Shown one piece after another: positions 27,298-39,880 of a stretch of 64,000 bases of DNA. Origin of the DNA: Antedon mediterranea (lineage: Eukaryota; Animalia; Echinodermata); contig NC_092675.1 of the NCBI RefSeq assembly GCF_964355755.1, positions 3,529,812-3,593,811 on the forward strand. The letters are read 5' to 3'. How positions within the stretch are numbered: the first letter of the stretch is position 1; every line of letters begins with the position of its first letter. The position numbers and the translations under genes were made by a program. The notes beneath the pieces are model-generated. The model was not told the origin of the DNA, searched no databases, and was given only the letters and a program-made list of their open reading frames with translations.

Positions 27298-28416
27298 ATG
27301 GCTGATAGAGAGGAACAGAATGTGGAAGGTGACGTCAATCCGGTTGAGAATCAGGACGATAATGGTGCTGAGGATGCAGGAGTAAATATCGGTTTACAGG
27401 AGGAATATGAAAAAAAGCTACGGGACATGATGGCAGCGCATGAAGAACAACTGAAGAAACTACAACAGAGCTTTAAAGAAGCTGCAAATGCCAAGCCGAC
27501 GACAGTAGTTTCTAGAAGGGACTTCAGGATGAGTGGCCAAATTGGTGAGCCAGGCCAGAAAGACCGATTAGCATTTGGAAGTTTGATTCACCAAATTGAA
27601 TCTGGCAAGAGCCGAGGATACAGTGATCAGGAGATTATTGAAGCTGTTATTAAAGCAATAGTACCAGGTGCGTCACTCCGGAGCTACTTAGAAGGTAAAC
27701 TGGGGTTAACTCTGCCCAAACTAAGAGCTATCCTTAGGGCTCACTTTGGAGAGGAAAATGCCACAAAATTGTTTCACCGACTATCAAGTGCGGTACAAGA
27801 TCCAAAAGAAACCCCACAGACATTCCTTCTGCGGGTACTGGATTTAAAACAAAGAATCTTGTTTTCTTCGCAAGAAGAAAACTCTGGGATCAAGTATGAG
27901 CCAAAGCTGGTTCAAAACATGGTCAGGCAAGCCCTTCTAACTGGTTTCCAAGAAGACGAAATCCGATCCGAGATAGCACCACACCTCAAACGAAACATCG
28001 AGGATGAGGAAGTAATGGATGCGCTTAATATAGCGGTAAACAATTACCAGGAACGTTTGGCTAAACTCAAAGCAGGAAGGACTAAAGTTTGCAAAGTGGA
28101 TGTGGATGAATCTTCGAGAAAGGGATCAGCTTGTGAAAAGCAAAATGAAAACAAACGTTTTGAAATATTCACTCACGAGATGAGGGACATGTTACAGGCC
28201 GGATTAAATCAAATTCGACAAGAAGTGGGTGTAATTGGTCAACAACAAGCCACGACCCAGAACAACAACCACGGAAACCGGCCTGCAGTTCGGGCATGTG
28301 ATGGATGTCGCACACGTGGTACCAGATGCAATCACTGTTTCAAGTGTGGAAGCAGTGAACATTTTGCTCGTGGTTGTCGATCCCAACGCAGAAATCAGGC
28401 GGGAAACGAGCAGTGA
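27298..28416 (+). CDS. gag: Gypsy Gag (372 aa) with C-terminal CCHC zinc knuckle
   Basis: ORF directly after the PBS; CDGC..CNHCFKCGSSEHFARGC; ends at the G GGA AAC -1 slippery site (28401-28407), overlapping pol. Confidence 0.92.
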   Translation: MADREEQNVEGDVNPVENQDDNGAEDAGVNIGLQEEYEKKLRDMMAAHEEQLKKLQQSFKEAANAKPTTVVSRRDFRMSGQIGEPGQKDRLAFGSLIHQIESGKSRGYSDQEIIEAVIKAIVPGASLRSYLEGKLGLTLPKLRAILRAHFGEENATKLFHRLSSAVQDPKETPQTFLLRVLDLKQRILFSSQEENSGIKYEPKLVQNMVRQALLTGFQEDEIRSEIAPHLKRNIEDEEVMDALNIAVNNYQERLAKLKAGRTKVCKVDVDESSRKGSACEKQNENKRFEIFTHEMRDMLQAGLNQIRQEVGVIGQQQATTQNNNHGNRPAVRACDGCRTRGTRCNHCFKCGSSEHFARGCRSQRRNQAGNEQ

Positions 28417-31400
28417 TCACCCAGACGGGACGAGGCGTGATCAATTCTACCGAAAAGTCCCCTTATGTAAATAGTTTGCCAGGATACATAAATCAAATAG
28501 GACATATTAATCCTGTTCACCATCAAAGACTTGTCAAACTGGTGGGCCGAAAGTGTATCGTAAATTGTAAATTAAATGATGTAAATTGTAAGGTTCTCTG
28601 GGACACCGGAGCACAAGTTTCATTGTTGCCGACGACCTGGTTAAAGACACATTTTCCAAACCAGCAACTGAGAGACCTAAAGGAACTACTGGATGATACA
28701 AACCTTGAGCTAAGTACAGCCGATGGAACGAATCTTCCATTCGACGGATGGACTGAGGTGTTTGTTGAATTATCGTTGGATGGAAAATCCACACAGCAGG
28801 TCAGAGTTCCTTTTCTAGTTACTAAAACAAATCTAAGTGAACCAATAATCGGTTACAACGTTGTGGAACATATAATAATGGGTCCGGCTCGACTACATCC
28901 GAATGCCATAAAAGCGTTTCCAAAGTTTCATAATAAGAAGATAGACTGTTTAATAAATTTGGTCAGGGAAAACACTGGCACTATGGGCACTGTTACGTTC
29001 GACGGAAACGATGTTGTCATCAGGAAAGGAGAGACAGTTTCAATAAAATGCCGAGCCTATATGGGAACAAAAGATAAAGTTATGGCTATGTTTGAACCGA
29101 GCGTTGAAAATCTTCTATCAATTGGACTAGAAATGTACGATACTGTTGTTGAAATACAAGGAAATTCCTGTAGACTGTATGCGCATAACCCAACACCACA
29201 CGAAATTATGCTGAGACGGAGAATAACTGTTGGACATGTGGAAGGAATACAAAGCGTATTGTTACCTACACAATCAAGAACGGAGTACAGCAAGAAAAAA
29301 GGCGACTCTCAAAATCCAACCACCAAAGTTACAGTAGGAGCTACAACCTCAGAAGGCGGTACGGACGAATTATGGGACCCGCCTGTAAGTCTAGACCACC
29401 TTACCTCGGAACAACAGACGGTAGCCAAACAAATGCTACGCGAGGAGTCAGCTACTTTCTCAAAGGGAGACTTTGATATTGGGTGCTCCCCTGGATTACA
29501 AATGAGCTTACAACTTACTGACAATATCCCTGTACAGAAATCATATACTTCAATCCCTCGACCGTTGTATGAAGAGGTAAAACAGTACATTCATGAACTT
29601 TTAAGCAAGGGGTGGATCAAGAAGTCGCAGTCTTCATATTCATCTCCAGTAGTATGTGTCCGAAAAAAGGACGGCAGCCTTAGACTGTGTTGTGATTTCC
29701 GTGGACTTAATTTAAAGACTGTACCCGATAGGTATCCGATACCAAGAATGCAAGATGTACTCGATGGCCTCAGTGGACAAAAGTGGTTCTCAACTTTGGA
29801 TCAGGGAAAAGCCTATCATCAAGGATTCATATCTCCCAGTAGCCAACCCCTAACCGCTTTTGTGACTCCATGGGGATTATTTCAATGGAACAGGATTCCA
29901 TTTGGTTTGAAAAAACGCACCTGCGGTATACCAAAGGTTTATGGGAACAGTACTAGAGGACATTAATCATCGAATCTGTGAGGTGTACTTGGATGATGTC
30001 CTGATCTACAGTCAACATTTTCATGAACAAGTGGAGAACATTCGAAAAGTTCTGCAACGATTCCGACAGCACGGTGTAAAAGTCAAACCTGATAAGTGTA
30101 GCCTCTTTCGGAAAGAAGTGCGGTACCTAGGGAAGGTAGTATCCGCAGAGGGGTATCGACCAGACACCAAAGACATTGTTGCCATGACTTCATTAAAACA
30201 AAAGACACAAAGGACAGTTGGCGATGTGAGGAAAGTACTGGGACTGATTGGTTACTACCGACGTTATATAAAAGATTTCTCAAAAAGGGCGAAACCCATT
30301 TTTGACCTTCTGAAGAAAGATTTACCCACGTCACAAACATCGTCAAAGAAGATAAAAGGTCAAACATCATCAAAAACCCCTATTGAATGGACAAGAAATC
30401 ACCAAAGCATATTGGATAAATTCATCGATGAATTAGTGAGTGAACCCATATTAGCTTATCCAGATTTTTGTTCACCATTTGTGTTACATACAGATGCCTC
30501 GATGGATGGTCTTGGAGCAGTACTTTATCAAAGGCAGAACGGAAAAATGCGAGTTATTGGGTATGGTTCCCGATCTCTAAGTCCCTCAGAGAAGAATTAC
30601 CACTTACACTCCGGTAAACTCGAATTTTTGGCTTTGAAATGGGCAGTGACTGAACATTTCCGTGACTACTTGTACCATGCACCGTCATTCACGGTTTATA
30701 CAGACAACAACCCGCTGACCTACGTCCTGACATCGGCGAAACTGAATGCCACAGGTCATCGATGGGTGGCAGAATTTGCCGATTTTCACTTTGACATTAA
30801 ATACAGGCCGGGTAAATCTAATATTGATGCTGACGTTCTGTCGAGGATACCTCTCGATATCGACCGCTACATCAAAGAATGTATTTCATGTGTATCAACG
30901 GATACTATCAAAGCTATGTCAAACGGAGTGTTTGCACTTCAATCCGGCCAAGTGACGCTACTGTCTGGAGTTTCAGCAAACCCAACCGATAATGAACCAG
31001 TAACACCTGTGACCAAACATTCCTCGATATTTTGCCCCGCAGATATCCTCCAAGAACAGCGTATGGATGATATAATTTTAGCGGTAATACCATTTGTCGA
31101 AAGAAACCGACCGCCAACTAAAAATGAAAGAACGAAGTTATCACTTAAAACCAACCTATTACTACGACAGTGGAAAAAGTTGAGACTAGATGACAACGGA
31201 AATCTTCGACGAGAAACATCGGATCGGGCACAGCTAGTTCTACCGCAACAACTAATTTCTAGAGTGCTAACGGAGCTGCATGACAACATGGGTCATTTGG
31301 GCGTAGAGAGAGTACTTCAAATGGCACGGGACAGATTTTATTGGCCAAAAATGCAAAAAGACATTGAGGACTACGTCACCAAGCGTTGCTCCTGTATTAA

Positions 31401-32898
31401 GAAGAAGAAGCCGGTGAGAAATGACAAAGCTCCATTAAGACCAATAAGTACAACTGAACCATTTGAGCTGGTCTCTATTGACTTCCTTCACCTAGAGCGT
31501 AGTAAGGGCGGGTATGAGTATATCCTAGTGGTTATGGACCACTTTACCAGATTCGCAGTGGCCTACCCAACTACAAATAAGTCTGGAAAAACCGCAGCCG
31601 ACAAAATATTTAATGATTTTTGTTTAAAGTTTGGGTTTCCTAAACGCCTACATCATGACCAAGGACGGGAGTTTGAGAATAGTTTGTTTTACTACCTCCA
31701 GAAATATTCAGGTGTGGAACATTCCAGAACAACACCATATCATCCACAGGGAAATGGGCAAGTGGAGCGGTTTAACAGAACGTTACTCTCCATGCTCAGA
31801 ACACTGGAGGATGACCAGAAACCGGATTGGAAGAACCATTTGACCAAACTTGTACATGCTTATAATGCAACCAAGCATGACACGACGGGTTTCTCTCCTC
31901 ATTTTCTTTTATTCGGAAGACAGCCAAGATTACCTGTTGATATACTTTTCAACTTGTCGCGATCGGGTCCAGAGAAAACTACTCCACAGTATGTGCAAGC
32001 ATGGAAACGGCAGATGAAGGAAGCATACCAGATTGTCAGAGAACGGGCAGGAATAACAAGTGAGAACAGCAAGCAACGGTACAATCGGAAAGCCCACGCC
32101 ATTAATTTACACCCAGGAGATCGTGTATTAGTAAGGAAACTGGCACAACCAGGTGGTCCTGGAAAGTTGCAAAATTATTGGGAAAATGATATCTTTAAGG
32201 TAGTACGACAGCAAGGGGATTTACCAGTATATATCGTAAAACCCGAATGTGGAGTTGGCCGGACTCGTACACTACACCGAAATCATCTTCTACCTTGTGA
32301 TTCTTTACCGTCAGAAGAGCGACTACAACCTAAACCAACATCAACCAAAAAGAAATGCATGCCGAAGACACAGAATGCACAATACACTATGACAGATAGC
32401 GAGCTGACAGATGGCGATGACGAGGATAGATGGGATAGTGTAGGCCAAATTGAACCAGCATTGGATAACAGGGTAAATGAAACAGATTCTTCAAGTGATA
32501 CATCAGCGATTTTAGATCCGAATGCAACTGCATTTATACCACCCCGACTACAGTTTGTCGATGAAACTGACGTACCGCAAATTCAGGATCTGGCACCAAA
32601 CATGGATGAACAGCAATGTTTCGCTGATGACAGGTCGAATGAGGATGAATTAGTTGATCAACTACAGGACAATGAGAACAGAATTTCCAATACTGGTAGT
32701 GTAGTAGAAGAAGCAGAAGACCGGCCAATCCGAAATAGGCGTCCACCTCAAACACTGACTTACAGCACCATGGGAACGCCTGACCCATCTTGTATGAAGA
32801 TAACAGAAAGCATCGACAGAACAAGCGAAAAGCAGCGAAAACTGAATTTTATATCGTATCTATTTATACCCCAGTCGTGTCGGTTGTTCGGCAGTTAG
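28374..32898 (+). CDS. pol: Gypsy Pol (protease, RT, RNase H, integrase), interrupted by a 1-nt insertion at 29910-29915
   Basis: PR LWDTGAQVSL; RT SPVVCVRKKDGSLRLCCDFRGLN, PFGLK/NAPA, YLDD; RH TDAS..GLGAVL, LEFLALKWAV, TDNNPL; IN HHCC (H..MGHLG..C.C) and D-D-E (SIDF, HDQGREFE, VERFN). Split into ORFs 28374..29966 and 29941..32898 by an A6 run where A5 is needed. Confidence 0.93.
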
Positions 32899-33040
32899 TT
32901 TACCGATGATATGGCCGTGATGTATTATATATTTTTTTTTTTTCTTTTCGTTCTTCAAACGTGTTTCCCTATCTCATTATGTACATATTCGTAGATTAAG
33001 TTTGAAATGCCGTTACGTCATTTTTTTTAGTGGGGGAGGG

Positions 33041-33871
33041 TGTGACGCCCATAAACCCCCGGACTAATTTGGAATAGTCCAAGTACACAAGGTGACAGGG
33101 TGGGCATAGGTGGCCTGAGGTCATTAAAGATTTGCCACATATGAGTGTAACATCTATAAAATCCTTGTCATCATTTATTGTGTATTACTATTCTTAGGTA
33201 CGTAAAGTTTCATTGTGTCAATTACTATAAAGTAATATATTATTCTCTGTACTATTTTGTATTATAGAGATAATTTCCATAATGTAGTTATTGTTCAGGA
33301 TGATAGATATTACCCTTAGGATAGATATGTTGTTTATACAATATGGTTACAGTTGCGGTTCTACACCGTATAATGAGAGGGTAAGCCAAGGTTAACATTC
33401 TTTCCAGGAGGGAACGTCCTTGGATTCAGCATGGTTACTATGACAACTAAGATAAGAGTATCATTGTGTTATTTTATAGGTTACGTATGAAGTAGTATAA
33501 CTTGATCATAGTGACTTTGAGAGTTATTATTTGGTATAGACACAAGTACAAGTCATGTATTATTTATACTGTATTGATGTTCACCTTGGTATAATAGGAA
33601 GGTGAAGAAGTGTTACAGGTTTATTACTTATTTAACACGACCTTAGTTGAGAGATAATGCTTCATCGTTAGTATTTTTAGAGTTATGAAATACAGTAGCA
33701 GATGTACTGTAGTTTTAAGCTTACTATGTTTGATGATAAGAGGTCAGATTAAAGATTTGCCACATATGAGTGTAACATCTATAAAATCCTTGTCATCATT
33801 TATTGTGTATTACTATTCTTAGATCTCTCAACGACGGAAAACATCCCTGTACTCATTGACCAGGGGTAACA
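33041..33871 (+). repeat. 3' LTR of the Gypsy element
   Basis: Preceded by the PPT and followed by TSD TAGA. Confidence 0.97.
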
Positions 33872-36177
33872 TAGATATCTTACTTTGCTTTGTATTTCTA
33901 ACATATCTGCTCCCAGCATTTCACTTCTAATGTTGTAACTAACTCACTGCTGTTGGTAACTTGGTAATTGTTGTAATCCACATTTCTCACTTCGATGTGT
34001 TTACTCATAAAAAAAAACAGATATTAAGGTTTAATGTATTAGTATGCTTAATAATCCAATCCAGTAGGAATAAATATAGCATGATGTATTGAAGTTGGTA
34101 TTGATATATCTGTATAGTATTTATATGCATTTTTAATGTTTATGCAAATTTTATTCTAAATGTTTTTTATACAATCAGTGCATGGAGACCTACTAGATAG
34201 TGATTATGTTCGCTTTTAGGAATCCTGTCTCTGCCTGGTTTTGTGTGATGTTTTCTTGTTCTTTGTCCACGTTTTTTTATATTGTATTTTTATGGAGACA
34301 AAATAAATGAAATAAAATGAAATAAATAGTTAGCTTCATTATGCTTAAAACTACACAATGGTCGTTTCAAATTCTGATTTTATTAATCTTTATTTTTCAT
34401 GTTTTTAGGGGACAATACATCTTTAAATAGTAAAACTACTCCAAATTATTTTATATCTGTATTTTTTAATGTGGATAACTAATCAATTAAAGGAGGTCGG
34501 GTCGGATGTGAGTTCTTCTTCAGCATGAAAATATATTCAACAGCTTGTATAATTTTTTAATGAATTTAAACTGGATAGTGTCAGTTTAATTGTTGTAATG
34601 TACTACTGTCACGCTTCAATGAAATGTTGATGTACATCATTAATTAATACGAATAGATTGAAATATGAAGGTCATCATGACTGAATTTTATAAAGAAAAC
34701 ATTATTGTTGATATTACACAGGGAACTACTGCTACTATCGAAATTAAATGCAGTGTAGAATTCTAGAAACTAAAAGGCCTCATTATTACACGTTTTGATT
34801 TTTTTTCTGAATACTAGAAAGTTTGTTTTTTCAGGACTTTTTATTTAGGACTTTTTTTTTATTACTAAAAATATATTCATTTCATAATATTCATAACTTA
34901 ACATATACAGTACATCTCCTTAAATGTTAAGTTCATTCACTTAGTGTATTCATTTCTTTAACATATTCATTTCATTTTTTTAAACTCTAGAAATTATAGG
35001 AGAGCTCAGCTTTTGCACGTTTGTTCCTTGTTTCTGAATATGGAAAATTAATACTCTAGAACAACCTGATACAAGAGGTCTGCAGTGTTACGTGGTTATT
35101 ATATCGCCCTCAATTCTATTTTATAATTTCCTACGCAACATTCCCTGTTCACCGATGAGTGAGATAGGCAAGATTTTGAAAATCATGAATGCCTGGTAAT
35201 TTCCCACGCTGAGAATACACTATTTAATTTCAATTCCATCCTCTTCATTTCCGATCTCCGCTGTTTATTATATCATACAGTAATTTTATTGCATGACAAC
35301 GTTTTACTAGCCCCGCTTGTACGCACTTTGCCAAGGTAGGCTACCAAATTAAGGCGAACACTTCATTAAAAAAAATCTTTGAAAATATTTGTATAATCAG
35401 ATAATCGTATATTAAGTGCCAAATCTCGCATTCAATGGTTCAAACAGTTTTATGTATCTTTAAATGTAAATTTAAAAAACTCTCTTCTTCAACATATATA
35501 TTGATTGTCAAAACAGTGTATTGCACATTGCGGTGAGTCTATTGCATTTCCAGCGTACAATAAATAATGACAAAAACTATTTTAATTTGGCTAGTGGGCC
35601 TAATGTGTTATATATATACTGCCTTAGTATAGGCCTATGCCTACATGTAGGTGAATCGTTAAAATAATTGGTGGATCGTATGCCAACACATCGTCATCGT
35701 CATTGTAAGGGAAAGGTGTTGGGATACCATGATCTGCCTAGCTAATCGTGTTAGTCTCATCAATTGACATGCAACAGATCACAGACCGTTACACCGAAAC
35801 ATGACAGTTTATATTACCTTTATTTATAATAAGCTGTGCACGGTCATGGAAGGTGTCAAATTCATATTTATATAATTTTGAATAGTTCGAAAGCCTTTGA
35901 TCTGAAATGTTTAATTGAATAGAGCAAGAGGAGGTTAGGTGGCACAATTGGCAAGTTTTCAAGACTGTAGATTTGCCCTGATATATCGATTATCATTGTC
36001 ATTTTATGGGTAAAATACCGAACAAGTTTCTCATTCATTCATTCGTTTTTTCATTCACTAATTAGGTCTATCTTATTCATTTACTCCCTAGATCGTACGA
36101 TATATTTGTTTTTGTTAAGTATTCTCTGACTCTTTGATATTGCCGGATGATTCCTTAATTGACTAAAATTATTTCTT

Positions 36178-36693
36178 TTTTTTTGTCTTGTGTGAGTTCT
36201 TCTCACGTTTATTTAAATTCTCATTGATGAATATATTATATACATATAAGTACATTTGTGACAATTAAAAGTAAGTGTTTAGAGTAGTTAAAATACCGGT
36301 ATATTTACATAATAAGATGCCAGAATTCAGTATTAACCATATATTTTCTCATTTAAAATTTTAGATACGATGTTAATTAAAATGTAGAAATGAAAAATGG
36401 CGGTAAAATACATGATTAAAATTGTCTTGTTAAACTATCTTATTTGTGTTCTTATTTGTGTTCGAGTAGAGAGGCTATAAATTCAGGGGAGGAAAATGTA
36501 GTATCCTCCCTTTTCACCAAGATAAGATGGATGGAATGAAAAAAAGAGGAATGCAATAGGTTGAAAGTTAGTTATTTAGAATGATAGCATGAAATGGTAT
36601 ATTTAATGGAAACCGTAAGGTTAGAGTCCATACACTGTGCAAGTCCAAGATGCAATTTTGGCTCTGTGTGTATGTGAGACGCTTCATACCCGA
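36178..36693 (-). mobile_element. 5'-truncated polyadenylated retroposed insertion, copy 2 (longer)
   Basis: 18-bp TSD TGACTAAAATTATTTCTT (36160-36177 / 36694-36711), poly(T) at the left end, and about 305 bp near-identical (inverted) to 23664-23968. Confidence 0.85.
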
Positions 36694-39639
36694 TGACTAA
36701 AATTATTTCTTATACATTCAGTCATTTTTTTTTTTTATTGAATGCTGATGGACTTACGCCTAATTAGTAAGTGACCATTGTCGGGGAAAATTATGCTAAT
36801 GTGAAATAGAAGAATGTTTTTAATTAACCCGTACCAGCTACTAGGCCTACAGCCAATGACATACCGTAACTGCACTTGATAAGTTGTGGTGCAGGTGTTT
36901 TATCGTGAATTTCGAAGCAGCATTCACTTTATGACACGCATGCCTCACCATCCAAATTAACCGTATGTGATTTCTTATATTCGATCACCATGAGCAAAAA
37001 CAACTCCCATTTCTATAGACCTAGGCCTATGCATATGTTTACTTTGATGATAGGGAGAAACATTCAAGTACCAGATGACGCTGAACTACTGTATCTGGTC
37101 TTATTGTGCCAGAAACGTATTTTGACATATAACTGTATAGATTGTATATGGCAATGCACGTTGTTTTTCTGATTATTTTTACCTACAGTATACTAAGAGA
37201 AATACTAAATATAATTACATAATTGAGATCTAGATACAATTTACACATTAATTTATTCGCTTTAGTATTCCAAGTTAAATATTCTTAGAATTGGTTTTCA
37301 GCAATTATTATGTTTATACTTTGTTTTCTACCTGTTTTTGCTGAAGAAAAAATAATGAATAAGCTATGTAGTTGGTGTTGGTATCCGGCCATTAAATTCT
37401 GTAAATTGAAAATGTTCTTTTTGTTTCATCCATCAGCGAATTAGTGATATCGTTAATAAACTTGATATTTTAACCTGAAATGAATCATCAATTGTCTAAT
37501 TATCTCAATCCCAATAATTATGACAGCCTTCGCCCCTAGATATACAACTCAGCATATTACTAATTATTTGTTGATTATTAAATTTGTAATTCAATGACGA
37601 ATATTTATTTCATATGCTTCTCAATTTTTTCGTGTTTTTTATGCTTTATCCTTTTTCATTACTAAATTAAAGAAAACAAATGTTTCTATATTGAATAAAA
37701 AAAATATCTCTTAGGTTACTGTATGTGATTATAGAATACGTTTCTTATTGAAACTGACAAACAATTACACTTTTTTATCTTTACTAGAGAAAATAAATCC
37801 TCAACCTATTTATATTCAATTATAAGAGAAATTAACACATGATTATTATCTTCTTGGAGAGTATAATTATTGAGAAATTAAATTATTATTTTTCCAAGGT
37901 AAAGTAATTAGTTATCCACATTGTATAAGCATATTTAAGAATGTATTCTATAAGGTTTAGGAATGGTTTGTCAGTTGTGCATTCCTTTCAGCGAATCCAA
38001 CCCCACCTTACTTGTTATTTTATCATACATCTGGACAATTTTCTACTTCTCTGTCTGAACTCTCACTTTACTGTATAATAAGATAAGAAGCTGTGAAAAT
38101 AATTTAATGTTGTTTCATTGTATATATCTAAATTGCTACGGGCTATCTCCATTTGCTGAAAACATTTGGTAATGTATATTCCCTATCCGTATTCTTTTAC
38201 CAATGAAACGAAATCACAGTTTATAGTTAGAAACTTTGCGTATCCTGTACATGTACAGAAGAAACAACATTATCAGAATATATTATGTGTATATAATTAC
38301 GGAGCCAAGTATAAGAAGTTACTAATGATATTTGAACCCAATGCATGCTCTCACAACACAGTATAGTGGGTAAGTTGGATCTCACTAAAGGGTTATTGGG
38401 CTACGAACCCGGACATTTTTCAACCCAGTGTATACAAATGGAACTTTAAGGTAAATTTTAGTCTTATTTTGTTCATTAAATTTTGTTCAGAAACATTTAC
38501 AATCAAACTAAATCCGACCAATGTAGGCCTATATACAATATTTTGTCTAGATACGTATCCGAATATATATTTTACACCTAAATAAAGGAATAAAATGCTT
38601 GAAGTGAAAATTGGGAAGCAGTTTTATTTCTTAACGGAACCTTTTGGAGTTATGGTAAAGAATTGTGGTTTTTGTGTGTAGTGAACAAAATATGACATTG
38701 GTATAATTATTATATGATAATATAATATTGATAATTATTATTCTTTATGACATTAAATTATTGTACACATGGTTTATAGTTTGTAAAGATATTGACTTGA
38801 ATTATCAAAACCAGTTCGTCACTCATCCGTCGCAGTATAATTAAAGTTAATATGTTTCCAGTATCGTCTACGTCTACTACGTTTGGGGAATTAAAGAACA
38901 CAGCAGTACACGAGATGAAAATATATGGCCGAATTATAAAGTTAGCAGGTATTGAATTAAAGGTAATGACAACCTATACTGTGAGACTGTAATTACTATT
39001 TGATTCGAACTATTACAAAATGGTATCATTGTGATGTTGTTAGAGAATGTACGACTCACTTCCATTTTATACCCTAGGTTGTTTCTTTATCGGATGTTTT
39101 CCTAGGTTAAACCATAGACAAATTGTGTTCGTTGTTATTCGATGTTAGAAACATCCCATTCTTTACTTCGTCGACACAATTTTAAACAACGCTGTGAACA
39201 CCGATAATAAAACTAATGAAAGAAATTCAGCACATCGGCCCTTCAATTGTTGTTGTTGTTTTAACATCTAATTTGAAAATACACACGTTTATTTCCAAAT
39301 GTGGCTTACATTGTTATCGTGCCGCTGTTTAGATTTGATGGTTGACATGCCTGCATACCAGTCCTAAGTTCATTGGTTCAAATCATTTAACTATTACAGC
39401 ATTTGTTTGACAACCCAATACAACAACACTACAACAGCCTCTCTCCGTATTATGAGACTTTTATCATGAGAACTTTATGAAGCGTTTTGCATCCTTCATC
39501 AAAATGAAAAGAGCAGCTTACTCATGGAATATTATGGTAACGTATCAACCTTCTACATATTTTGTCATTATGAGGGTTGGGTTCGGTTTATCTAATGGCT
39601 ATTGATAGTGATTTACTTTTTCATAAGTCTGAATATATC

Positions 39640-39880
39640 GTCACCAAGTGTCATAAACATAAATTGAAAAAGAATAATGCTCGATTAAATTGCCGTAGTC
39701 GTTTTTTTACCCAACGAGTGGTAAATTCATGGAATGCTCTCCCTGCCAGTACATTAGAAGTTGACACAACCATACTATTTAAAAGACAATTTCAGAAGAC
39801 GATGGAGGCTAATAAGAGGGCCACGACCGGCCCACCTGCCTCTTACTTACTCATTTAGGGTGGTGTACGGTGAGTGTGAG
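39640..39880 (+). mobile_element. CR1/L2-type LINE 3' fragment
   Basis: HKHKLKKNNARLNCRSRFFTQRVVNSWNALPAST..TILFKRQF matches the CR1 ORF2 C-terminal pattern (GH.LKL...R..FF..RV...WN.LP......FK..L). Confidence 0.75.

Larger units (their letters stand above)
26434..33871 (+). mobile_element. Full-length Ty3/Gypsy LTR retrotransposon, recent insertion
   Basis: 831-bp LTRs TGTGAC...GTAACA at 26434-27264 and 33041-33871 (one mismatch seen, 26758 G vs 33365 A); 4-bp TSD TAGA; PBS TGGAGGCACTGCCCGGATTC (27268-27287, tRNA-Thr-like); PPT AGTGGGGGAGGG (33029-33040); domain order gag, PR-RT-RH-IN. Confidence 0.98.

Noticed and set aside
24399-32824. Antisense and alternative-frame ORFs over the GPCR 7TM exon and gag/pol
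   Set aside because: Shadow ORFs of real coding sequence with no motifs of their own.
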